NCBI GenBank assembly: GCA_016700375.1
Contig: CP065016.1
Coordinates: forward strand, 690,001-722,000
From: Candidatus Saccharimonadota bacterium
Lineage (GTDB): Bacteria; Patescibacteriota; Saccharimonadia; Saccharimonadales; UBA4665
Direction: 5' to 3'
DNA length: 32,000 nt
Shown: positions 16,866 through 23,235 of the stretch, one piece after another
How positions within the stretch are numbered: position 1 is the first letter of the stretch
Layout: every line of letters begins with the position of its first letter
Notes under the pieces: generated by a model
What the model was told of the DNA's origin: nothing
Seen by the model: the letters and a program-made list of their open reading frames with translations, nothing else
Databases searched by the model: none
Program-made: the position numbers and the translations under genes

Positions 16866-17525
16866 CTACTTCCAGTGGAGAATAATATCTTCCAAGATGC
16901 GGATAATTTCCTCATGTTCGGGCAGTGCACTGTTGTCGTAGTAGTGATCTATTGAGATGATATTTTCGATGACATTTAAACACACAATTTCATCGGCCAG
17001 CATATGCATCTGGTCTACAGCAGACACGCTCGCGAAAGGCGCTACCATGACCAATTTTTTTATTTTAATTGGCTTCAAGAAATCAGCCGCCGCCCGCATA
17101 GAAAAGCCGTTATTTAGCCCGTCAGACACAACTATAACCGTACGGTTTCTGAGTAAGTCAGCCCTTAAAACACCCCCTGCCCCAAGTAGTTCATTCATTT
17201 CAAAAAGCTTTTGGAGTTTTTGCTGTTCTATATAGCTAAAGTACTCGGCCTTTATTTCCTCTAGCTCGCTCGGGCTATACGCTGTATTAAATGTAACACC
17301 CCCAAAATTATCTATAGTTGCCAATACGTCTAGTTCTCTCGGCAGCTGTATAGCAGATGATAGCAGCATGTTGATAACACAGTGTAATCGTTTGGCTATT
17401 TCCGCTCCAACAACCACAGAACCGTCGCCCAAGGCGAGTACCGCGCAATCTTCGTAGCGATACTGCGCCTCAAGTTGGTCGGCAATCAAATCGCCTGCCG
17501 CCGTCCGGCTGGGAAAATAGTACAT
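16866..17525 (-). CDS. putative phosphoribosyltransferase-like protein (COG1926-type), PRPP loop degenerate
   Basis: FPSRTAAGDLIADQL... N-terminus and a VIVVSDGLNNGFSMRAA PRPP-loop-like motif. I prefer the ATG at 17525 (MYYFPSR), which has a TATAAT box 7 nt upstream. The ORF track extends to 17576. Confidence 0.6.
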   Translation of the reverse strand: MYYFPSRTAAGDLIADQLEAQYRYEDCAVLALGDGSVVVGAEIAKRLHCVINMLLSSAIQLPRELDVLATIDNFGGVTFNTAYSPSELEEIKAEYFSYIEQQKLQKLFEMNELLGAGGVLRADLLRNRTVIVVSDGLNNGFSMRAAADFLKPIKIKKLVMVAPFASVSAVDQMHMLADEIVCLNVIENIISIDHYYDNSALPEHEEIIRILEDIILHWK

Positions 17526-17661
17526 AAGCACTATTATACAGGAGGACCTTGTTCTCCTCGCAAGTTCGGAATACATCCGAACATTACTCTCCTCCTGCTC
17601 TAAAGCTCCCCGCCGGCTGGCGGGTCGTTCGCTTCGCTCATTATGAATGGAAAGCCTTACT

Positions 17662-18387
17662 TTACTCGCTTGGAAGCTTGCGAAGGAGGTAGAAGCGCTC
17701 TATGTTTCCCTTACTGCCAGCGACTTCGGAGTCTTTTTTGTCGAGAATTATGAAATACCCGCGCGCCCAGGTTTCAAAATCGTGCAAAATATCGCGCCGC
17801 ATCCGGTCGTTTTTAATAACCCCTTTGTGTTTCACGCTGCTTTGCCCAGCTTCAAACTGCGGCTTTACCATGGCTAAAAGCACAGAGTCATGCGTGATGA
17901 GTTTTGAGACATGAGGAAGAATTTCCCGGAGTGATATAAAACTAACATCGCCCACAACAATGTCGATTTTTTCTTTCGTCATAAAATTCCGGATGTCAGT
18001 TTTTTCGTGCAATTCTATGCGTTCATCGCTACGCAAGCTCGGGTGCAGCTGTTCGGTACCGACATCTACTGCAAACACCTTTTTGGCACCATGCTGTAGT
18101 GCGTATTGCGTAAATCCGCCCGTGCTACTCCCCACATCGAGCACGGTTTTTCCCCGCCAATCAACGTGAAATGTACTGTCTGCACTCTCGAGCTTCAGCG
18201 CCGCCCGGCTCACATACTGTACGCTCGTTTTCACTTCAATTTTGTCGGCCTCAGATACCAACTGTCCGCTTTTTAACCCGGGACGTCCATTGACCAGTAC
18301 TTTTCCAAGCCGTATGTATGATTCTGCCTGACTCCGACTCGCTACCAAAGCCCGCCGCGTTAAAGCTACATCAAGCCGCTGCTTCAT
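17662..18387 (-). CDS. tlyA: TlyA-family rRNA 2'-O-methyltransferase (S4 + FtsJ domains)
   Basis: S4 RNA-binding N-terminus (RLDVAL...SRSQAESYIRLGKVLVNG) and a SAM motif VLDVGSSTGGFTQ. Confidence 0.85.
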   Translation of the reverse strand: MKQRLDVALTRRALVASRSQAESYIRLGKVLVNGRPGLKSGQLVSEADKIEVKTSVQYVSRAALKLESADSTFHVDWRGKTVLDVGSSTGGFTQYALQHGAKKVFAVDVGTEQLHPSLRSDERIELHEKTDIRNFMTKEKIDIVVGDVSFISLREILPHVSKLITHDSVLLAMVKPQFEAGQSSVKHKGVIKNDRMRRDILHDFETWARGYFIILDKKDSEVAGSKGNIERFYLLRKLPSE

Positions 18388-18847
18388 CGAGAAAATCCTT
18401 CACATTTGGAAAAGAGCCTGGGAAGTATTCCAACATTTCTGTAGCAACTATACGAGTGAGTCTGGGTGCGGCTGGCAATCTCTCGCCAAAAAATACTGTA
18501 ATACCACCCTGTCCCTCGCGTACGGGGATATTCAGTCGGGATGGCACTACAGTTAAGTATGCTTCAATGTGTTTCCGCAGAGGTACACCTATCGTGTCCA
18601 TACTATCAAATACGAGACTGCCGAGGTGTAGGAGGTTGCGCGGTAGTAGCCGCAAATTTAGCTCTTCATAAGCCTCTCGAATTGCAGCATCAACGGCCGT
18701 TTCACCAAGCTCAATACTCCCTCCCCAAGTTCCAAGTTGCCCTGGTTCATATATGCCAGGTTTGTTGTCTCTATGCTGTAGGAATAACCCAAAACCCTCA
18801 CGCCCAACGAAAACATGCACGAATTCCGCTGCTGGTGCCTGTGTCAT
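18371..18847 (-). CDS. NUDIX hydrolase
   Basis: Nudix box GGSIELGETAVDAAIREAYEELNL. Its start ATG overlaps the stop of the GIY-YIG ORF (ATGA). Confidence 0.85.
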   Translation of the reverse strand: MTQAPAAEFVHVFVGREGFGLFLQHRDNKPGIYEPGQLGTWGGSIELGETAVDAAIREAYEELNLRLLPRNLLHLGSLVFDSMDTIGVPLRKHIEAYLTVVPSRLNIPVREGQGGITVFFGERLPAAPRLTRIVATEMLEYFPGSFPNVKDFLDEAAA

Positions 18848-19182
18848 ATACCGACTCCCACAGTCTCACTGTCATTCCCGCGCAGGCGGGAATCCATTTT
18901 CCAATCTAAACTCAAATCTTTCCAGTACAGATTTTCCTCTTCAATGAGCCGAATCTTCCAAGCGCGTTCCCATTTTTTGAGTTGTTTTTCCCGGGTAATG
19001 GCCGCCCCAATACTCGTTGATTCTTCATAATACACCAGTGCTTTTACGCCAGATTTTTTCGTAAAACCATCAGCCAGTTCATGTTTGTGCTCGAACAAAC
19101 GACGCTCAAGATTATTCGTCACACCAATATAGAGCGTTCCGTTTGGCTTACTTGCTAATATATAGACGTAATATGTATGCAT
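18844..19182 (-). CDS. GIY-YIG nuclease superfamily protein (small URI-domain type)
   Basis: YYVYILASKPNGTLYIGVTNNLERRLFEH matches GIY-(X9-11)-YIG plus the conserved R/E. The C-terminal tail (…MDSRLRGNDSETVGVGI) is the translation of the palindromic repeat, not of the nuclease domain. Confidence 0.85.
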   Translation of the reverse strand: MHTYYVYILASKPNGTLYIGVTNNLERRLFEHKHELADGFTKKSGVKALVYYEESTSIGAAITREKQLKKWERAWKIRLIEEENLYWKDLSLDWKMDSRLRGNDSETVGVGI

Positions 19183-19212
19183 AAGATAGATTCCCGCCTG
19201 CGCGGGAATGAC
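18871..19212 (-). mobile_element. GIY-YIG cassette bounded by a perfect 24-bp inverted repeat (each arm is itself a hairpin)
   Basis: 18871-18894 (gtcattcccgcgcaggcgggaatc) is the exact reverse complement of 19189-19212 (gattcccgcctgcgcgggaatgac). Each copy contains attcccgc/gcag/gcgggaat, an 8-bp stem with a 4-nt loop. Confidence 0.6.
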
Positions 19213-19217
19213 AATTG

Positions 19218-19784
19218 CTATTCTTTTACGCGCTCGCGGTAGGCGCCAGTAGCGGTATCGACGGAGATGAGATCGCCTTGTTTGATGAAAGCCGGCACTT
19301 TGATGGTTATGCCCGTTTCCAGCGTGGCATCTTTAGTTATGGAGCTGCTAGTATCACCCTTTACAGCGTTTTCGGTGTAGGTCACTAACAGCGGAACATT
19401 TTTCGGTAACTCTACGTTTATAGGTACTGCATTAAAAAACTGCAGACTCACCATGTCACCTTCTTTTAGGTAGCCCGCGCCGTCGCCCATGAGTTCATCG
19501 TTCACCTCAAACTGCTCAAACGTTTCTTGGTTCATGAAGTGGAAGACGCTGCCGTCACTGTACAAGTACTGTACTGTTTGGTTCGTCACGTCTGCACTTT
19601 CGAGCTGCTCGTTTCCCTTAAATGTCTTTTCCAGCACCTTACCGTCTAGCAGGCTGCGTATACGTACGTTCACTATACTTCCACCCCGCCCCATAACCTT
19701 TTGGTTGTACTCCACAACGCGGAACGGCTCGCCGTCAAGCTGAAACACTACCCCTTTTTTAAGATTTGTTATGCTTAGTGCCAT
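19218..19784 (-). CDS. efp: translation elongation factor P
   Basis: 188 aa with three-domain EF-P architecture. The loop is VMGRGGS where E. coli has KPGKGQA. Confidence 0.95.
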   Translation of the reverse strand: MALSITNLKKGVVFQLDGEPFRVVEYNQKVMGRGGSIVNVRIRSLLDGKVLEKTFKGNEQLESADVTNQTVQYLYSDGSVFHFMNQETFEQFEVNDELMGDGAGYLKEGDMVSLQFFNAVPINVELPKNVPLLVTYTENAVKGDTSSSITKDATLETGITIKVPAFIKQGDLISVDTATGAYRERVKE

Positions 19785-19785
19785 A

Positions 19786-20115
19786 CTAGTCTCCTATGTT
19801 TCCTATTTTACCAAGGCTCATTTCATCATCTATCTCCCAGCCACGCTCAACGCAAAGTGCATGTACGGCGCCGACAAATTCCATATAGCTCGGCACATCA
19901 ATAACATGTGAGAGCAGTGGGTTCGAGCCAAAGTTATATATATCGCCATTTTCTTTCAGGATATACGTTTTACCCGGCCCGCGCAGCCCTACCTTGTAGG
20001 TATAGCACCAGTATTTCCAGGTGTCTTCTTGCATGCTGTCAGCTTGCGTAACCGAAACACCGTTTTTTTCACACTCATTCCGAAAATACTGTAGCGCTTG
20101 CTCTTGTTGTATCAT
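19786..20115 (-). CDS. hypothetical protein (109 aa)
   Basis: The ORF is tightly packed against efp (its stop is 1 nt from the efp start) and has plausible composition. No family was recognised. Confidence 0.55.
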   Translation of the reverse strand: MIQQEQALQYFRNECEKNGVSVTQADSMQEDTWKYWCYTYKVGLRGPGKTYILKENGDIYNFGSNPLLSHVIDVPSYMEFVGAVHALCVERGWEIDDEMSLGKIGNIGD

Positions 20116-20170
20116 CAGTTGCTCCTAACTATAGCTTCAGTATACCACCCCTGTTAGCGCAGCGGTAGTC

Positions 20171-20491
20171 TTACGAAAGTTTTGCCTGGAGTTCGTCGAT
20201 GACTCCGCCAAATTCGGCCACGTCGGCCGACCCAAACACGGTGTCAAGGCGTAACATCAGTGCATTAGCTGCTGCCAAATTGTGACGACCAATCTTTGCC
20301 CATTTATGCTGTTCTTCCCTTGTCTCGGCATATTCGTAGTCCCGCACATCAAGCTTTATTTCGTGAAGCGCCTTCTTCAGCTGTGTGATATTCTGGCGTT
20401 CAGACACGCCCAGCGAATCCATGTCGTACTCACGCAGTACAGCCCGTACGCGTCTTTCCAGCTGGGCGGCAAACCCCGTCAGACTTTGCAT
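20171..20491 (-). CDS. hypothetical helical protein (106 aa)
   Basis: The ORF starts 5 nt after the ssb stop and has helical-looking composition. No family was recognised. Confidence 0.55.
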   Translation of the reverse strand: MQSLTGFAAQLERRVRAVLREYDMDSLGVSERQNITQLKKALHEIKLDVRDYEYAETREEQHKWAKIGRHNLAAANALMLRLDTVFGSADVAEFGGVIDELQAKLS

Positions 20492-20496
20492 GGCAC

Positions 20497-20973
20497 TTAA
20501 AACGGTATGTCGTCGAGGTTAATTGGTTCGTCGCCCACGTCTTCTATAACCACATCGTCTTTTTTCTTTGGACTTGGGCGAGATGAGCCACCGTCTAAAC
20601 CACCTCCCTGATATCCTCCGCCGTTGCCACCGCCATCACCTCCACGACCACCTAGGAACGTCACATCCTGCGCGTTCACCTCAACCTTGCTGCGCTTCTG
20701 GCCGTCTTGCTCCCAGCTTCGTGACTGCAAACGTCCGTTTACTAAGCACTGGCTGCCTTTGTTCAAATACTGAGACACACGCTCCCCCAGCGGCCCCCAA
20801 GCGACAACGTCCACGTAGTCAGTTGCTTCCTGCCACTGACCATCTGCCCCTTTGTAAGCGCGGTTGAGCGCCAACGAAAAGCTACATACGTTTTGGCCAT
20901 TTGGCGTCTGTCGCAGTTCGGGATCCCTGGTGAGATTCCCCATTAAGATTACTTGGTTGAATGATCGAGCCAT
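20497..20973 (-). CDS. ssb: single-stranded DNA-binding protein
   Basis: OB-fold N-terminus (NQVILMGNLTRDPELR), a Gly-rich linker and an acidic tip ending in DDIPF. Confidence 0.95.
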   Translation of the reverse strand: MARSFNQVILMGNLTRDPELRQTPNGQNVCSFSLALNRAYKGADGQWQEATDYVDVVAWGPLGERVSQYLNKGSQCLVNGRLQSRSWEQDGQKRSKVEVNAQDVTFLGGRGGDGGGNGGGYQGGGLDGGSSRPSPKKKDDVVIEDVGDEPINLDDIPF

Positions 20974-21069
20974 CTCGTCCTCCTTGTAGGAACTATGTCC
21001 TTTACCTTAGTTGTACTATCAACCCTACGCCCAGTTAGTGTTATCGTCAAGTGGATTTAACAGACAAAC

Positions 21070-22112
21070 TATACTAAGCCCCAATCCCTCCGACACCTCG
21101 GTGTGTAGAATTGGGGCATATGTGTATGAAGAAGAACCTAACCCGACATCAAGTTATTGCCTATCGTAAACGAGTGTTAACTGAAGCCGATGCGAAAGGC
21201 GCGGCAATCGCTGCCCGAATGTTTGGGATCCATCGGGATACTATCTATGCTTGGCGGATCGAACTGTTCCCGCAGAAGCCTGGACCAAAAGGCAGGGTAT
21301 CCTGGCAGACGAATGAAGACATTGAGGATTTGGTGCTACAAATCAGGCTGGGACTATCCTATGGCCCGAAGCGAATCGTCGATGAGATGAGTGACTCTGG
21401 AATATCCATTGGCGAGAAAGCTGTCCGCGGCATTATTGAACGAGCCGACCTCGTAAAGCACCAGAAACATCCAAAGAAAAAGCCAACGAGACCGTTCTAC
21501 GCGCCCTATCCAGGCTACCGAGTGCAGATTGACACTAAGGCTGCACCGGTTCGTCCGGACGAAGATAAACGACGGAGTCGGAGACAGCAGTTTACAGCGA
21601 TAGACATTGTCAGCAAGATCCGGTACCTGGCGGTCAAGGATGGCTTGTCGAATAGCAACTCAATCGCCTTTGTGCGTGAAGCCCTGGCGTTCTACGAATC
21701 GATTGGTATTACGGTGGAATGTGTCCAGACAGATAACCACTCCACGTTCACCAATTTGTCTACTGGCGGTAACAAAAAGCGTGACCATGAGCTCAGACGT
21801 ATCCACCCGTTCACGCAGTACCTGCTCGACCGGGGCATCGAGCACAAGCTATCCCGACCGGGTACACCCCAACATAATGGTTTTGTCGAGCGGAGCCATC
21901 GGACAGACGAAGAAGAGTTTTACCACGTCACCAAAACGACCGAGCTTGATGTCGTCGCGTTCAACGAAGCAATGAAACTATGGCAGAACGAATACAATCG
22001 CGTGAGACGGCATAGCAGCTGCAATAACCTGCCGCCAATGGAGCACTATGAAGCGGTATGGAAAGGAACAGTAACTCATGTCTAAGTGTCTGGACAATTG
22101 GGGCTTAGTACA
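21070..22112 (+). mobile_element. IS481-family-like insertion sequence (1043 bp) with 15-bp target duplication
   Basis: IRL at 21070-21085 (tatactaagccccaat) matches the reverse complement of 22097-22112 (tgtactaagccccaat) at 15/16. The direct repeat atttaacagacaaac lies at 21055-21069 and 22113-22127. It carries one HTH + rve (DDE) ORF. As I recall from ISfinder, TGT-type ends and DRs up to 15 bp fit IS481. Confidence 0.8.
21120..22085 (+). CDS. IS481-like DDE transposase (HTH + integrase core)
   Basis: Motifs YRVQIDTK (D), VQTDNHSTF (D) and PQHNGFVERSHRTDEEEF (E). The ATG at 21120 or 21126 is preferred over the TTG at 21111. Confidence 0.85.
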   Translation: MCMKKNLTRHQVIAYRKRVLTEADAKGAAIAARMFGIHRDTIYAWRIELFPQKPGPKGRVSWQTNEDIEDLVLQIRLGLSYGPKRIVDEMSDSGISIGEKAVRGIIERADLVKHQKHPKKKPTRPFYAPYPGYRVQIDTKAAPVRPDEDKRRSRRQQFTAIDIVSKIRYLAVKDGLSNSNSIAFVREALAFYESIGITVECVQTDNHSTFTNLSTGGNKKRDHELRRIHPFTQYLLDRGIEHKLSRPGTPQHNGFVERSHRTDEEEFYHVTKTTELDVVAFNEAMKLWQNEYNRVRRHSSCNNLPPMEHYEAVWKGTVTHV

Positions 22113-22118
22113 ATTTAA

Positions 22119-22229
22119 CAGACAAACAGGTATCAGGTAACAGAAATTTGACCGATATCAGGTCTCAGACGCCACTACCCGTGAGTCTGCTAAATGCCAC
22201 CTGCCAAATTTCTGCTCAATGTTTGTCTG
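22119..22229. repeat. 111-bp imperfect palindrome downstream of rpsR, abutting the IS insertion point
   Basis: The outer arms are cagacaaac (22119-22127) and gtttgtctg (22221-22229). The middle arms are cagaaatttg (22141-22150) and caaatttctg (22205-22214). An inner cagac/gtctg pair lies around 22165-22190. Confidence 0.6.
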
Positions 22230-22247
22230 CTCTCTGCTAAACTGCTT

Positions 22248-22451
22248 CTAGGCTGTAGCTACGAATGGAAGCAGTGCAATATGTCGAGCCCGCTTAATAG
22301 CGACGGCCAGGTGGCGCTGCTCAGACTCGGTTAGGCCAGTTTTTTTGCGGCTTTCAATTTTGCCGTACTGGTCAACATACCGCTGAAGCGTCTTGAAATC
22401 TTTGTAGTCAAAGTAGGCGACGTCTGTTCGATGTTTAAAAATCTTTGCCAT
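22248..22451 (-). CDS. rpsR: 30S ribosomal protein S18
   Basis: 67 aa: [28 protein letters not shown]...[17 protein letters not shown]. Confidence 0.95.
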   Translation of the reverse strand: MAKIFKHRTDVAYFDYKDFKTLQRYVDQYGKIESRKKTGLTESEQRHLAVAIKRARHIALLPFVATA

Positions 22452-22456
22452 AGTTT

Positions 22457-22837
22457 CTACTCCTCTTCTTCCTCTTCTTTATCGTCGCTTTCACCGCGCT
22501 TTGCGGCCTGCTCTGCTTTGCGAGCCTTTTCGGCTTCTGCTTTTGCGAGTTTCTTTAGGTCTGGGCGCACAATGAGAAAGCGAATAACTTCGTCGGTAAT
22601 GTTTAAGACAGACTCAATTTTGCGAACATTATCACCCGGGATATCAAGTGTATAAAAAACATAGACGGCACTGTCGTGCTTCTTTATTTGATAAGCTAGT
22701 TTTTTCTTGCCCCAATTATCGACATTGGTTACCTTGCCGCCATTGTCGGTAAATAGTTTTTCAACTTTTTTGGTTGCCTGCTCAAGGTCTACTTCTAGAC
22801 CTGGGTCGAAGAGAATGGCGATTTCGTATTGATTCAC
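22457..22837 (-). CDS. rpsF: 30S ribosomal protein S6 (acidic C-terminal tail)
   Basis: (V)[12 protein letters not shown]... with a poly-Glu C-terminus. I place the start at GTG 22837 (AAGGAG SD 6 nt upstream). The ORF track's upstream extension to 22879 lacks an SD. Confidence 0.9.
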   Translation of the reverse strand: MNQYEIAILFDPGLEVDLEQATKKVEKLFTDNGGKVTNVDNWGKKKLAYQIKKHDSAVYVFYTLDIPGDNVRKIESVLNITDEVIRFLIVRPDLKKLAKAEAEKARKAEQAAKRGESDDKEEEEEE

Positions 22838-22900
22838 TAGGTGCTCCTTTGGTTTCTGCCTGCACGCCAAGTGCTGCAAGCTGAGTTAATTGTAAGTAAA

Positions 22901-22929
22901 ATTATAGCGTATTTATGACACAAAAGCAA
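22901..22929 (-). promoter_or_regulatory. sigma70-like promoter TTGCTT-N17-TATAAT upstream of rpsF
   Basis: The minus strand reads ttgctt (22929-22924), 17 nt, then tataat (22906-22901). It is followed by a leader hairpin (22858-22864 pairs with 22875-22881) and the SD. Confidence 0.5.
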
Positions 22930-22930
22930 T

Positions 22931-22952
22931 AAAAAACTGCCCGCTCAGGCAG
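22931..22952 (-). terminator. intrinsic terminator (stem ctgcc/ggcag + T6) on the minus strand
   Basis: The minus strand reads ctgcc-tgagcg-ggcag followed by tttttt (22936-22931). An alternative pairing, gctcag (22962-22967) with ctgagc (22943-22948), would compete with the terminator stem. Confidence 0.6.
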
Positions 22953-22969
22953 CCTTGTTTTCTGAGCCC

Positions 22970-23036
22970 GGAGTGAGATGATGGTAGCCCTGGTGTAGTC
23001 TCTCAATACACTTTCGGCAGGCCACCATCTCGCTCC
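22970..23036 (-). promoter_or_regulatory. long imperfect hairpin (candidate rpsF-operon leader or small RNA) upstream of the terminator
   Basis: On the minus strand, GGAGCGAGAUGGUGGCCUG...CAGGGCUACCAUCAUCUCACUCC pair. An apical hairpin GUGUA/UUGAGAGAC/UACAC and a 5'-side internal loop CCGAAA are present. A possible promoter TTACTA-N18-TATATT lies at 23105-23076. Confidence 0.45.
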
Positions 23037-23235
23037 ATTTGGCTTGTTTGTTTTAACTCCATGGTAGTCCTGCAAAATATAAAACGCAAGCAAAATGTGT
23101 AGTAAAAATGTCTATCCACATCTGTTATTCAAAACCTATCCGTTGTACGCGTTGCAACAAAAAATACAATGCAAATACATTAAACTGAACACATTTATTG
23201 TATTAACTATTTTAACCGCCAGTACTCTGAGCACA

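Noticed and set aside
20140-20215. tRNA-like fragments (agcgcagcggtag; ggagttcgtcgatgactcc)
   Set aside because: They cannot be folded into a cloverleaf, since there is no complementary D or T stem and no acceptor pairing. The region is the 3' end of the 106-aa ORF.
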